Shown here: positions 12,880 through 26,448 of the stretch, piece after piece
How the letters are laid out: every line of letters starts with the position of its first letter
Numbering within the stretch: the first letter of the stretch is position 1
Assembly: GCF_963921235.1 (NCBI RefSeq)
Contig: NC_086097.1
Span: 154,134,001-154,198,000 of the forward strand
Length of the DNA: 64,000 nt
DNA from: Mobula hypostoma
Lineage: Eukaryota
Direction of reading: 5' to 3'
The notes under the pieces: generated by a model
What the model was told of the DNA's origin: nothing
The model's database searches: none
What the model saw: the letters and a program-made list of their open reading frames with translations, nothing else
Position numbers and translations under genes: made by a program

Positions 12880-14030
12880 AAGTTCAAACTTCAAAGATTA
12901 CTTATTAACTAAGTACATATATGTCACCATATATAGCCCTGAGATTCATTATCTTGCAGGTATATTCAATAAATACATAGAATAACAACCATAACAGAAT
13001 TGATGAATGACCACAACAACGGGCATTCAAGCAGAGTGGAACACAGGATGAAGAATCCTTGAAAGTGAGTCCATAGGTTGTGGGAACATTTTAATGATGG
13101 AGCAAGTATAGTTGACTGAAGTTTCAAAGTTTCAAAGCATATTTATTATCAATAATGAATAAATTATACAGCTTTAAATTTGGCAGCCAGAAAGCAAAAA
13201 ACCCGAATAACCCAATTTAAAAAAAGACCCAATTAAAGAAAGAGAGAGAAAAAACAAACACACGTCATACAAACAATAAAAGCTAACAGCATCCTGAACC
13301 TGACTGGGTCCCGGATCCACTCCTGGAGTAGGCCCAAACCAAGATTCCTTTGGTTCAAGAGCCTGAAGGGTGAGGGGTAATAACTTTTCCTGAACCTGGT
13401 GGTATGTGTCCCTGATGATGGATGCTGCTTTCCAGCGACAGAGTTGCTCAGTGGTGGAGAGGGCTTTATCTGTGATGTACTGAGCCATATCCACTACATT
13501 TTTGTCAGATTTTCCATTCAAGGGCATTGGTACTTCCATACCAGGCTGTGATGCAGCCAGTAAATACCCTCTCCAATATACATCTATAGAAGTTTGTCAA
13601 AGTTTTAGATGTCACACCGATTTTTCGCAAACTCTTAAGGAATTAGAGACACTTTCTTGAATTTAAAATTGCTAACCCTCTCTGCCTCTGTTCCTCCAAT
13701 GAGGACTGGTTCATGAACCTCCAGTTTCCTCCTCCCAAAGTCAATACCCAGCTCCTTGGTCTTACTGACATTGAGTAAGAGGTTGTTGTTATGGCACCAC
13801 TCAGACAGGTTTTCAATCTCCCTCCTATATGCTGATTCATCACTATCTTCGATTCAGTCTCCGACAGTGGTGTCATCAGTAAATCTGAATATAGCATTGA
13901 GGAGTTGTGCTTAGCCACACAGTCTTTAAGTGTAAAGCGAGTAGAGCAGGGGGCTAAGCACACAGCCTTGTGGTGCACCTGTGCTGATGGAGATTGTGGA
14001 GGTGATGTTACCAAGCTGAACTGACTGTGG
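12880..14030 (-). mobile_element. Rex1/Babar-like LINE 3' part
   Basis: GAPQG/DCVAKH/KAASIIRD remnants in ORFs 13643-14014 and 13174-13539; tail tt(tgaact) type. Confidence 0.75.
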
Positions 14031-14854
14031 TTAACACATCTCTCAATGGCACCAATCTATTGCCCCTAAACTTCCAAACCTTCCACCTATTGGCCCTGCC
14101 CAGATTTTCAAGGCAGCGCTCATCGAGAGCATTTTCAGGCTTCACAGAAGCAACACGCCTCCTTTGTTTCCCACACAATGAATGGGTTCTGAAACTCCCT
14201 TTTTAATGCCCCGATGCACTTCCCCTAACCCACCCCCAAAACTAACCCGGAGTCTATACAGTGGTCTGCCCACTGGACTTCTCTCCCCACATCCTCCTAG
14301 ACCAAGATGCTCTACCTTCCTTCACATGCATCAGCCTTGGTCTCAGGTATTGTTGAGCCATGGTTGTAATGCATTTAAAGCATGCAACATGACCTTAAGA
14401 CATGCCTTTTATAGGTTACCGTTCTAAAAATAAAGTTCCAAGTTATTCCACTCCATAAATATCATATTAAAATTAACATAACTCTACTCTGAATTTATCC
14501 TATCCGAGTCACAAAGTCTGCTGTAGGAACAGATGTCACCATAAGCTAAAGGATATAATTTATGGCAAGTTTAAACTGTAATCAAATTACAATTGTTTCA
14601 CTTGCAAGATATTATGTTAGCGAATTCCTTGAATAAAAATTATACCCCACAGCTCTTTGTCATAGAGATCTGAAAAAAATAATACAATCATTATGGTACT
14701 TTATAACAAAAATATTTAACAACAGTTCAATTAGAACATAGCTTACACAACCTTTGAAAACAATGACATCCACAGTACTCGATAAAATTTTCGCTGGTGC
14801 CAGTTCTCAGAGCTGAATACAAGTTGGCTGATCGCTCCCAGAATTAGCTCAGGC

Positions 14855-15725
14855 AATAAGACCATAAGTCATTGGAGCAGAATTAGGCCATTTGGCCCAT
14901 CGAGTCTGCTCCACCATTCAATCATGGCTGATCCTTTTTTCTCCTCCTCAACCCCATTCCCCAGTCTTCTTCACGTAACCTTTGATGCTGTGTCCAATCA
15001 AGAACCCATCAAGCTCTGCATTAAATACACCCAACTACCTGGCTTCCGCAGCTGCCTATGGTAACAAATTCCACAAATTCACCACCCTCTGGCTGAAGAA
15101 AATTTTCTATGTCTCTGTTTTAAATGGATTCCCCTCTATCCTGAGCGTGTGCCCTCTTGTCCTAGACTCCCCTACCACAGGAAACATCCTTTCCACATCT
15201 ATTCTGTCTAGACCTTTCAACATTTGAAAGGTTTCAATGAGATCCCCTCCCATCCTTCTGAATTCCTGCGAGTACAGACCCACAGCAATCAAACGTTCCT
15301 TGTATGATAACCCTTTTATTTCTGGAATCATCCTTGTGAACCGCCTTTGTTCCCACTTCATTGCCAGCACATCTTTTCTTAGATGACAAGCCCTAAACTG
15401 TTCACAATACGCAAGGTGATGCCTCACCAGTGCCTTATAAACCCTCAGAATCACATCCCTGCTCTTGTATTCTAGACTCCTTGAAATGAATGCTAACATT
15501 GCATTTGCCTTCCTCAACACTGACTCAACCTGCCAGTTAACTTTCAGGGTATTCTGCACAAGAACTCCCAAGTCCCTTGGCATCTCAGAATGTCGGATTT
15601 TCTCCCTGTTTAGAAAATAGTTTGTACATTCATTTATTTCTACTATCAAAATGCATGACCATGCATTTTCTAACATTGTATTTAATTTGCCACTTTCCTG
15701 CCCATTCTCCTAATCTGTCTAAATC
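14855..15725 (-). mobile_element. CR1 LINE 3' part
   Basis: ORF 15107-15676: RDLGVLV, KANAMLAFISR, QRRFTRMIP, GDLIETFQMLKG, TRGHTLRI; tail (ataagacc). Confidence 0.88.
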
Positions 15726-16497
15726 CTAATCTAAGGCAAATGATCCTAATCCTAATCTCTAAAACAGGGTCTTAACTAATTGTTACATTTTGTTAAAAAT
15801 GTACTCTTACTCGTGGGCAGTTGGAAATAAAGACATTGCGTTTCATTAAATTTTAAAAAATAGAAGTGTTGGGAGAGTTCATTGCGTTATAATGTTAATG
15901 CATTTCAATGAAGTGAAATACTGGGCTAACTGTCCATTTTCCGAATGTGAATCAAGGAAACAGAGCATTTGCAAAAGTATAAAGGCATTAGGAATAACCT
16001 TACAGAGAACTAGGAACTTTATGAAATGATACCACATTATTACACATTCTCAAAATGTGATACTGGCAAGCACCATGTTTATCTACCAAATTCAGTTGAT
16101 CTGAGAAGTCAGTGTGATATTGCCAGCTTGCAACAGAGGGCAGTAGAGAGTTAATCAAGAGTAGCATCACATATAGATTTTTTTCATCATCCTTAGTTCA
16201 TTGGTAAATCAGTCTTTCTTATAACAATTTGATAGTTTTGCCATCACTTTTACAGGTGTGTTTTTATAATTTTCAGGATTAAAGGCTTAATTCAAATTTC
16301 CAAACCACTGTGATGTAAACTGAATGCAGTCTTTTGCTCTCTGAGTTAGTTATCCATCACGTTACCCAATTCACAGAGACCACTTGGCACCAATTTATAT
16401 TGTACAGTAACACAGCCACTGCCTTCTGAAAAATTAAGTGGTTGCCACCTCTCCAGTCACATGGGAATGTATAGTTTAACACAATTAACTTTCTTAC

Positions 16498-16651
16498 CCA
16501 GCTGAATCTGATGCACTTCTGGGACCTGTTTCATTATTGTACTGAAATAACAGAGGAGACCTTTGTATGCAGAGAGTAGGATTCGGCACAGGTTTTTGTG
16601 CCACTGGTATGCTTGCTGTAGGCAACTCTCAGAGGTGACAGTATTGTTCCC
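16498..16651 (-). CDS. FAM135B: FAM135B-like internal coding exon (154 bp)
   Basis: tttgctag|GGGAAC...CAGCTGG|gtaaga; GNNTVTSESCLQQAYQWHKNLCRILLSAYKGLLCYFSTIMKQVPEVHQIQL(E); absent from the ORF track in this frame but in phase with neighbours. Confidence 0.9.
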
Positions 16652-17264
16652 CTAGCAAAAAGAGTAGAGAGATCAATATAGGAACAATGTGTTTCACAAT
16701 GCAACAGATACTGCAAATTCATTGTTATATTCAAAACTAATGTAACTAGATCAGTTTTCTACTTCCCTACTCATTGACCAAGTTCAGGCTATCTACCCCA
16801 ATTATTTCTGATTTGATAAAGCATCTTTGAAATTATTTGAGAGCTACATAAATACAAGGTGCCATTTTTCATGATTCAAACAGCATCATTTGCAGAAACA
16901 ACTAAGCAATCTTGTAGATTTCTCCATGTATCCCCATTGCTTTGAATTTAAAATGAAATTGCTGTCAGTCATTTAAGTCACTCTTAATCATGACTCAAAA
17001 ATGTGTTGGGTGCCATGCATTCCAATTTCTGTGAAAAACAGCAGTCGAATAATAAATGTGAATTCATTGTGGATTGCAAACTCTGCAATATCCTTTCAAG
17101 GTTCCACTAAGTGGAAGTGCACAATCTGACCATTATTTCAGGGATTTTACATTCCTCGTTGACCTATTTCATATTTCCTTACGATGTACGAAGAAGCTGT
17201 TCATTCCATCAAGAGCACCTTGTTTCACAAAGTAATCACATTAGCACTGTTCTTCCATTATAGA

Positions 17265-18630
17265 ACTCACTCTGCAGTTTGAGAGGGAGAAGCCAAGGTC
17301 AGATGTATCAGTATTACAGTGGAGTAAATGGAATTACAGAGAAATGAGGGAAGGGCTGTCCAAATTTGATTGGAAAGGGACAATAGCAGGGATGACAGCA
17401 GAGCAGCGCTGGCTGGCGTTCCTGAGGGCAATTGAGAAGGCGCAGGATAGTTATATCCCAAAGATGAAGAATTATACTAAAGGGAGGATGAAGCAACCAT
17501 TTAGGACAAAGAGATGACAGGAACACTTAATAAGTATTTTGCGTCAGTCTTCACTGTGGAAGAAGATTCTAGCAGTATACCAGAAATTTGAGAGTGTCGG
17601 GAGCAGGAGGGAGTATTGTCACTGTTACTAAGAAGGAGGTGCTTGGGAAGCAGAAAGGTCTGAAGGTGGATAAGTCACCTGGACCAGATTTCTGAAAGAG
17701 GAAGCTGAAGAGATCGTAAAGGCATCAGTTATGATCTTTCAAGAGTTACTAGATTCTGGAATGGTTCCGGAGGCTGGAAAATTGCAAATGTTACTCCACT
17801 CTTTAAAAGGAAGGGAGGTAGAAGGAATTAAATTATAGGCCTTTAGTGGTTGGAAAGATATTGGAGTCCATTTTTAAAGATGAGTTTTCAGGGTACTTAG
17901 AGGCACATGATAAATAGGGCAAAGTCAGCATGGTTTCCTTTAGGGAAGTCTTGCCTGACAGAAGTACTTGGGAGTCCTTGTGCAGGATTCCCTAAAGATT
18001 AACGTGCAGGTTGAGTTGGCCGTAAGGAATGCAAATTCAACGTTAGCATTAATTTCTAGAGGACTAGAATATAAAAGCAAGGATGTTATGCTGCATCTAT
18101 AAGGCATTGGTCAGACCACATTTGGAGTACTGTGAGCAGTTTTGGGCCCACTATCTAAGAGAAGGAATGCTGGCATTGCAGAAGGTCCAGGAATGAAAGG
18201 GTTACCTATGAGAAGCATTTGATTTCTCTGGCCCTGTACTCACTGGAGATTATAAGTATGGTGGGGGGGGGGGGGAATCTCATTGAAAACTATCAAATTT
18301 TGAAAGCCCTAGATACAGTGGATATGGGGAGGCTGTCTCCTATAATGAGTGAGTCTAGGACCAAAGGGTATAACCTTAGAACAGAGGTTATCCATTTAGA
18401 ACAGGGATGAAGAGGGTCGTGAATCTGTGGAATTCATTGCCACAGACGGCTGTGGAGGCAAACTAATTGAGTATATTTAAAGGAGAGGTTGATTGGTCAG
18501 AGTGCCAAAGGTTATGAAAAGGCGGCAGGAAAATGGGGTTGAGAGGAATTAAATTAGCCATGATGGAATGGTGAGGCAGACTCCATGCGCTGAATGGCCT
18601 AATTCTGCTCCTATGTCTCCTGGTCTTAAT
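17265..18630 (+). mobile_element. Degraded CR1 LINE ORF2 with internal deletions
   Basis: KSPGPD, ANVTPLFK, QHGF, LVRPHLEYC and NLWNSLP remnants; CR1-type 3' UTR ending ctcctatgtct. Confidence 0.8.
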
Positions 18631-19087
18631 TATTTCCTTGCAATCTATTCTCTCTCACATGACCACCAACATCGCAGTGATTTTCCTGGCAACTACGTAT
18701 AATTAGGATAATATATAATAACAAATTAACCTACCAATTAGCATGAGAGGAAACCACAGCATTCAGGGAAGCATCATGTTAATGCTAGGTTGTATTTTAC
18801 TAGTTTTGAAGTCAAGACTTAACTTCTGATGAGAGACTGGAATTCTACAGCAAACTGTATGTATATATGCCATATGCTTAAAACGTATCACTTTTACAAA
18901 TCTGATGGGAAAAGTTTCAGTTTTTTGGAAAATAAAGCTAGGTCAATAAAAACACAATGCTGTAATCTGCAGACCATTGATCTTAAAATCTCTGCTTGCT
19001 AATGCTAACCATCACAGAGCAACAACTCTAATTACAGCTCAACCTGTTATCAACTTCTATCAGTTCAAACAGGGAGGCATCAAATGC

Positions 19088-20910
19088 AAACAACAGGAAT
19101 TCTGCAGATACTGGAAATTCAAGCAACACACATAAAAGTTGCTAGTGAACGCAGCAGGCCAGGCAGCATCTCTAGGAAGAGGTGCAGTCGACGTTTCAGG
19201 CCGAGACCCTTCGTCAGGACTAACTGAAGGAAGAGTGAGTAAGGGATTTGAAAGTTGGAGGGGGAGGGGGAGATCCAAAATGATAGGAGAAGACAGGAGG
19301 GGGAGGGATGGAGCCAAGAGCTGGACAGGTGATAGGCAAAAGGGATACGAGAGGATCATGGGACAGGAGGTCCGGGAAGAAAGACAAGGGGGGGGGGAAC
19401 CCAGAGGATGGGCAAGGGGTATATTCAGAGGGACAGAGGGAGAAAAAGGAGAGTGAGAGAAAGAATGTGTGTATAAAAATAAGTAACAGATGGGGTACGA
19501 GGGGGAGGTGGGGCATCAGCAGAAGTTAGAGAAGTCAATGTTCATGCCATCAGGTTGGAGGCTACCCAGACGGAATATAAGGTGTTGTTCCTCCAACCTG
19601 AGTGTGGTTTCATCTTTACAGTAGAGGAGGCCGTGGATAGACATGTCAGAATGGGAATGGGATGTGGAATTAAAATGTGTGGCCACTGGGAGATCCTGCT
19701 TTCTCTGGCGGACAGAGCGTAGATGTTCAGCAAAGCGGTCTCCCAGTCTGCGTCGGGTCTCGCTCATATATAAAAGGCCACATCGGGAGCACCGGACACA
19801 GTATATCACCCCAGTCGACTCACAGGTGAAGTGTTGCCTCACCTGGAAGGACTGTTTGGGGCCCTGAATGGTGGTAAGGGAGGAAGTGTAAGGGCATGTG
19901 TAGCACTTGTTCCGCTTACACGGCTAAGTGCCAGGAGGGAGCTCAGTGGGGAGGGATGGGGGGGACGAATGGACAAGGGAGTTGTGTAGGGAGCGATCCC
20001 TGCGGAATGCAGAGAGAGAGGGGGAGGGAAAGATGTGCTTAGTGGTGGGATCCCGTTGGAGGTGGCGGAAGTTACGGAGAATAATATGTTGGACGCGGAG
20101 GCTGGTGGGGTGGTAGGTGAGGACCAGGGGAACCCTATTCCTAGTGGGGTGGCGGGAGGATGGAGTGAGAGCAGATGTACGTGAAATGGGGGAGATGCAT
20201 TTAAGAGCAGAGTTGATAGTGGAGGAAGGGAAGCCCCTTTCTTTAAAAAAGGAAGACATCTCCCTCGTCCTAGAATGAAAAGCCTCATCCTGAGAGCAGA
20301 TGCAGCGGAGACGGAGGAATTGCGAGAAGGGGATGGCGTTTTTTGCAAGAGACAGGGTGAGAAGAGGAATAGTCCAGATAGCTGTGAGAGTCAGTAGGCT
20401 TATAGTAGACATTAGTGGATAAGCTGTCTCCAGAGACAGAGATAGAAAGATCTAGAAAGGGGAGGGAGGTGTCGGAAATGGACCAGGTAAACTTGAGGGC
20501 AGGGTGAAAGTTGGAGGCAAAGTTATTAAAGTCAACGAGTTCTGCATGCGTACAGGAAGCAGTGCCAATGCAGTCGTTGATGTAGCGAAGGAAAAGTGGG
20601 GGACAGATACCAGAATAGGCACGGAACATAGATTGTTCCACAAAGCCAACAAAAATGCGGGCATAGCTAGGACCCATATGGGTGCCCATAGCTACACCTT
20701 TAGTTTGAAGGAAGTGGGAGGAGCCAAAGAAGAAATTATTAAGAGTAAGGACTAATTCCGCTAGACGGAGCAGAGTGGTGGTAGAGGGGAACTGATTAGG
20801 TCTGGAATCCAAAAAGCGTAGAGCTTTGAGACCTTCCTGATGGGGGATGGAAGTATATAGGGACTGGACATCCACGGTGAAAATAAAGCGGTGGGGGCCA
20901 GGGAACTTAA
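19088..20910 (-). mobile_element. Penelope-like retroelement (Neptune type), 5'-truncated; RT + Cys linker + GIY-YIG endonuclease + 3' terminal repeat
   Basis: ORF pieces 20285-20875 (MDVQSLYTSIP, KGVAMGT.MGPSYA, FLRYINDC, LPFLDL, YYKPTD), 19924-20412 (IPFSQFLRLR.ICS) and 19516-19842 (VIYCVRCSRCGLLY..ET, RFAEH, VATHFN); few frameshifts. Confidence 0.93.
19185..19222 (-). ncRNA. Minimal type I hammerhead ribozyme in the PLE 3' terminal repeat
   Basis: tagtc-CTGACGA-agg gtctcgg cct-GAAAC-GTC-gactg: stem I tagtc/gactg, stem II agg/cct, palindromic ACGT in place of stem III. Confidence 0.75.
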
Positions 20911-21049
20911 TTGCTGCTTCCTCAGTTTCTACTAATTTTATTTACAGTCTCCTCCGAGAAAATAGACAAGTTCAGATGGAATTAGTTCTGTTATTAGTGT
21001 TCTTTTTTTGAATCACTGCTTAGGTTTACAGTTCGCGGATAATAGGATT

Positions 21050-22480
21050 GGTAAATTGGCGAATTGGTTTATTATTGTCACATCAACCAAGATACACTGA
21101 AAAATTTATCTTGCATTCTGTTGATACAGAGCAATTTATTACAACAGTGCATTGAGATAGTACAAGCTAAAACAATGCAGCGCAAAATAAAATTTTACAG
21201 TCACAGGGAAAGTGCAGCTAGACCGAGGTCAACAGTCCATTTTATCACACTAGGGAACCATTCAAAAGTCTTAAAACAGCCGGATAGAAGCTCTCCTTGA
21301 GCCCAGTGGTACATGCTTTCAGATCTTTTCATCTTTTCATCTTTCTATGATGTGCCCATGTCCACAGCTTTCTACAGTTCCTTGCAGTCACGGGCTGAGG
21401 AGTTACCATACCAAGTCATGATGCACCTGAATGGGATGTTTTCAATAAGCATTGATAAGTGTTGGTGAAGGTCGATGGGGACATGCCAAGTTTCTTTAGC
21501 CTCCTGAGGAAGAAGAGATACTGGTGAACTTTCTTGGTCATGACGCCTACATAGTTGGAGTAGGGCAATTTATTGACAACGTTCACTCCTTTGAACTTGA
21601 AGCTTCCAACCCTCTTGACTTCAGCACCGTTGACGTAAATGAGAACACATGCATTGCACACCTCCCCCCCCCCTTCCCCATCTTCCTGAAGACATTAACA
21701 AGCTCTTGTGTTCTGCTGGTAATAAGCAAAAGGGTGTTGTCACTGATATAATGTCGTGGGCTCTTTATCTCCTTCCTGCACTCTGACTTAACAACATATA
21801 GCCCACTATGGTTGTGTCACCTACAAACCTGGAGATAGAGTTAGAGCAGTCTCTGGCCACATAGTTTTGAGTGTACAGGGAGTAGATTAGGGGGCTGAGA
21901 AAGCACCAGAATTGAGGATAATTCTGGCAGGGGTGATGCTGCCATTCCTTACAGATTGCAATCTGTTGGTGGGGAAGTCAAGGATCCAGTTGCAGAGGGA
22001 TATATTGAGTCCCAGGTCTGGGTGTTTTGAGATGAGTTTGCTTAGAATTATAGTATTCAAGGCTATTGTTCATTGATCACAGCACCGCCTAACTTAGGAG
22101 TCCTAATCCTCCTGAGATGAGTGCCAGGCAGATGGTGTCCGTCGTATACTTGTTTCAATAGTAGGTGAACTGCAGTGGGTCTAAGTTGTTTGGGAGGTTG
22201 GAGTTGATGCATACCATGATCAGCCTCTTGAACCTCTTCATGATGGTAGAGATCAGAGCCATTGGGCAGCAGACACTAAGGAAACTTACATTGTTTTTCT
22301 TAGGTACCAGGATAATAGTGGTCTTCTTAAAGGTTGGATCTTAGACTGAAGCAGGGAGGGGTTAAAAATATCTGCAAATAAACCCAGCAACTGATTTGCA
22401 CAGGATCTAAGGACATGGCCAGTGATACTATCTAAGCCAGTTGCTTCTGTCAGTTCGCTCTCCAAAAGACTGACCTTATG
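21050..22480 (-). mobile_element. Rex1/Babar-like LINE, degraded
   Basis: ORF 21416-21661: NGAEVKRV.SFKF.GV, KK.HQ.L.FLRRLKKLGMSP. Confidence 0.75.
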
Positions 22481-22819
22481 TACTCAAACAGTCTCTGCTG
22501 AAGATGCGAAGCACTAGCACATTATCACATTGATGTTCATACTATGATCACCTCTGTAGAAGAGCAAACAAATACTGATTAAGTGACTTTCTGATGAACC
22601 TGTTTTGCTTTGTTAGTGCGGATGACCCTGGATTTCTGGTTGTACTCTGTCCCACTCATATTTTGATCTGCCTGTGGCTCTTGTACTGTTGTAACAAAAG
22701 CCAACACAAGCTGGTGTAAGGATGTTGATCTGAAAAGTGAAATCTGTTAACTTGTAGCTCTCTCTATGGAAGCTTGCTGGCCTACTGATCATTTCCAGGA
22801 TCTCCTGATTTAATTTTAT

Positions 22820-23048
22820 ATAGAGATGGAGAGAGAGGGTGACAGAGACAGAGATGGAGAGAGAGAGTGACAAAAACAGAGATGGAGAGAGAGAGTGACA
22901 GAGACAGATGGGGAGTGACAGAGATGGAGAGACAGACAGAGATAGACACAGATAGAGAGAGAAAGAGAGAGAGGTAGAGTGTTAGCATTAGAGAGAGTGA
23001 TAGAGTGATGGAGAGATAGACATAGAGAGATAGTCAGATAGATAGACA
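22820..23048. repeat. GA/GACA-rich low-complexity tandem repeat
   Basis: Repeated gagatggagagagagagtgaca-like units; source of the Ser/Leu-rich spurious ORFs. Confidence 0.9.
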
Positions 23049-23049
23049 G

Positions 23050-23681
23050 CCAGAGAATTCCAGTTAATTGGACCATCAGTTACTCAGGGCAGCCAGTTGC
23101 ATGTGCTTATGTTCAAAATGCAGTGATTTTTGTCCTTAGTGTGAAGGATTGTTGGCAAGAAACAAGCAATAAGACAATTCGGAACTGATTTGCTCACGGT
23201 GGTTTCAATTATTCGGACTTGGAGATGCCAAAATGGCTGGGAGTGTAACTGAAATAATTTCGCTACTTCAAAAAGTCAGGAATTGTGACTACATCAACAA
23301 TCATCTTCAATTTTACAACGACAAAGAAGATTTGGAGAATGCAACTGCCTAAAACATTGAATGAAGGCAACCCAATATCTGCACTAAGTGTTCTGTCCTG
23401 ATTTTGTTCATTTACAGCCATTTAAGAACATGGCAAATGAATACCCCCATCAATAACTATTAGGAAATAATACAGTTTTATAGTACTGTAGAAATATTAG
23501 TAGTATTCTAATTAGTTCTGTAGTTTATTTAAATACATACATTTCTACTCAGTTAAACAGTTGCTGGTCTTTTTTTTTCCTTTTACCTACTTCCATGAAA
23601 CTTTGTCTAATTGGGGCAGCTGCTTAATTGGGCCAAACTGTAATGGTTCTGATGTGTCCCCATTAAAACAGAATCCACCAT
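23050..23681. mobile_element. Old Tigger-like non-autonomous DNA transposon
   Basis: Degenerate inverted termini attccagttaattggac.. / gtccccattaaaacagaat; subterminal aattggggcagc repeats. Confidence 0.45.
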
Positions 23682-24660
23682 ATTAATAAATCTGCTGACT
23701 AGAATGTAACTGTACATAATCAATACTGAATATGAAATGATTAAATGTTACAAGAAGACAGACTGGATGATATCCATTCCCTAAATAGCTGGTAAAAGTA
23801 TGACAAGCCTGTCCAAAGACAGAATTCTTTCAGAATAATTTAATGACAGTGTGTTTATACCCCAACTGCAATCATACAATTAATAAACTAGTTTTTATAT
23901 CCCTTGGAAACCATGGATACCTTTGAATCATCCTGTGCAATTAGAAGCTCACTTCCCAAATTCCGTTTCTGATCTTGTTTATGCACAACTTGTTACCTGT
24001 TGTCATAGCCTCAGTATTAACGGAAGTCTTTTCAAATCAATGATGACTTGCCAAGACGTAGATGATGGCAATTGTTTGAAGCATCAAGACAGGATGACTA
24101 GCTGGATAAGCGGTGCCACAATGACAACCTCTATCTCAATGCCAGTAAGACCAAGGAACTGATCATTGGCTTCAGGAGGAGGAAATGAGATGTCCATGAG
24201 CCAGTCCTCATTAGGCGATCAGAGGTTATTTATGGCTCATTCCATTGGATGGATGATCAGCTGGAGGAGGAGGAGGCCATGCAAACTGATTGAAGACAAA
24301 TGCCACTAACCTATTCACAGCAGGTTGTGCACTGGCAGCTGTAACAGCATCTGCTTTCTAACGTACCCGTTATCTTCTACTGCACAAGTGGGTAAGTATT
24401 ACTGCCAAAAGGTTTGCTTGACTATGTCTTTCTTGGCAGCATAATAATTTCCAGTGCTTGCTACTTTTAGTGACCTATTGTAGAGTTATAGAGAGTCATA
24501 GAATTACACAGCATGGAGAAAGGCCTTTCAGCCTTTTTGATCCATGCTGACCAAGATTCCCATTTAAGCTAGGCCCTTTTGCCAATATTTGGCATATACC
24601 CCTCAAAACTTTCCCTGTCTGTGTACCTATCCAATCACTTTTTAAATGTTATTGTACCTG

Positions 24661-25030
24661 GTTGCCAGGATGGAGACACCAAAGGAAGTGTAAGGGTCTC
24701 CCCTCTGCTCGCCTGTAGGTCACCCTTGGGCAAGGTGACGCACTGCTTCGCCCCCCGATCAGGGTCACATGAAGCAGGGGAGCAGGTGGTGGATGGTCAG
24801 ATGAGCAGCTGGTGCATATCACCAGTCCTGGTAATGTGACCACTGGTCCAGGAAGGCAATCTCAGAAGAGTATCGATAATGGCTGAGGGACACCTGTCTT
24901 GTACAGACACTGCCCAAAAGAAGGCAATGGCAAACTACTTCTGTAGAAAAATTTGCCAAGAGCAGTCATGGTCATGGAAAGACCACGATCACCTACCATT
25001 ATATGACACGGCACATAACGAATGAATGAA
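24661..25030 (+). mobile_element. SINE-like element with RTE-type 3' end, inserted in a CR1 3' fragment (~24485-25180, minus)
   Basis: 8-bp TSD tgtacctg (24653-60, 25031-38); tail (gaat)n; ggcaaac.acttct...ttgccaaga motif like RTE/BovB-derived tails; second copy at ~41030-41480. Confidence 0.7.
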
Positions 25031-25611
25031 TGTACCTGCCTCAACCACTTCCTCTAGCAGCTCACTCCAAGTAATGTCCATTAAATCTCTCCCTTTTGAT
25101 TCTCTAAACCTGGGAAAAGACTGTGTGCATCACCTCTATTTATGCCCCTCATCATTTTAAACACCACAATAATATCATTACTCATTCTCCTACACCCCAA
25201 TAAAAACAGCTCAACCTTTCTCGATATACAGGTAATTTCCAGCAACAATCTCATTAACTATTTTGGATAGTTCTACATTATTTCAGACATCTTCTCATTT
25301 TGTGAAAGGATCTGTCCTGGAGGACAAAAAGAAAGGAATTAATGAATGGGACAAAGGAGTGAGTGGATGTGTGGAGATGCATTATGCGGAGGCAGAGAGT
25401 GAGAAGGAAGAAGTGAACAGAATGAAGAGGTCTGAATGTCAGTGCATGGGGTAGAAACTGAGGTAGAACGCACAAGAGAATGTGGTGATTCTCTGCAGGC
25501 TATAGAATGAGAAGGGAGTGATACAAGTTCCAGAAAAATGCTAATATCTTTCAAACAGAATCAAGTTCTTGATATTTCTGGGAGAGGGATGACAGGAATA
25601 TTACCATGTAC

Positions 25612-26435
25612 TGTGACGAAAAACCAAGTTATCAGAAGATTGATGCTGATGGGAGAGGTAAGGGAGACAAATGGAGAAACGTTCAAAATGTAAATGAGAG
25701 GAGAGAGATAATGAAAAGAGACACAATTCAGAGTATTGACAAACCAGTTGCTTTGAACCTGAACTGTTTGAAGTTTGATGGACAGACCGATACCACAGCA
25801 GGGGGATAAAAAGAACAGGTTCAGAAGGCATGACACACACCACGAGATCACGAGATAACGAGATCCTGGAAGAGCGGTGTGCCCCCACAAGTTGGTGAGA
25901 GTTGGAGGTCTGGTTTGTGGGAACCGACTATAGACGCACAGGGTGAAAAGGGTACAATCGGTGGGAACCTGGTGTGTGTGTCCATCCTTGCCTGGGTGCC
26001 AGGTTGACCGCAGAAGAACGGTCGTATCCAGAACGGAGGGGTCACAGTCGGTGACCACAGAAGAGATAAAAGGGTCCGCCCAAAACCACCTGTGAACATC
26101 AAAGGTCTGCTGAATCAAATTTGCATTCTCTCTCTCTCTCCCTCCAACGGCACAACAGCGATTACTGAGAACTATACTAAGCTGAACTGAACTCTGCGTC
26201 ACTTGAGACTGATCATTTTACCACTAGACTGCGATAGAGCTTGGTTGATTCCTATTACCCTAGTTCTGTGTACATGTGTGTTTTATCATTGCTAACCTGT
26301 TGCATTTATATCCGTACGATTAGAGTACTGTGTTACTTATTTCTTTAATAAAACTTTATTAGCTTCCAGTAATCCAGACTCCAACTAGTGGTCCATTTCT
26401 GCGGGTTTGGCAACCCAGTTACGCGGTACGTAACA
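25612..26435 (+). mobile_element. Solo LTR (824 bp, Gypsy-like)
   Basis: TG...CA termini (tgtgacg / cgtaaca short inverted ends), 4-bp TSD gtac (25608-11, 26436-39), AATAAA at ~26347. Confidence 0.85.
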
Positions 26436-26448
26436 GTACTGTCAGAAT

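Noticed and set aside
19088..20910. Possibility that the PLE is an intact autonomous element
   Set aside because: It is 5'-truncated within RT and frameshifted, and the catalytic YIDD reads YIND.
22613..23076. Ser/Leu-rich ORFs
   Set aside because: They are translations of a GA-rich simple repeat.
25561..26202. 213-aa ORF on the minus strand
   Set aside because: It lies almost entirely in a solo LTR, has no recognisable domain and crosses the LTR boundary.
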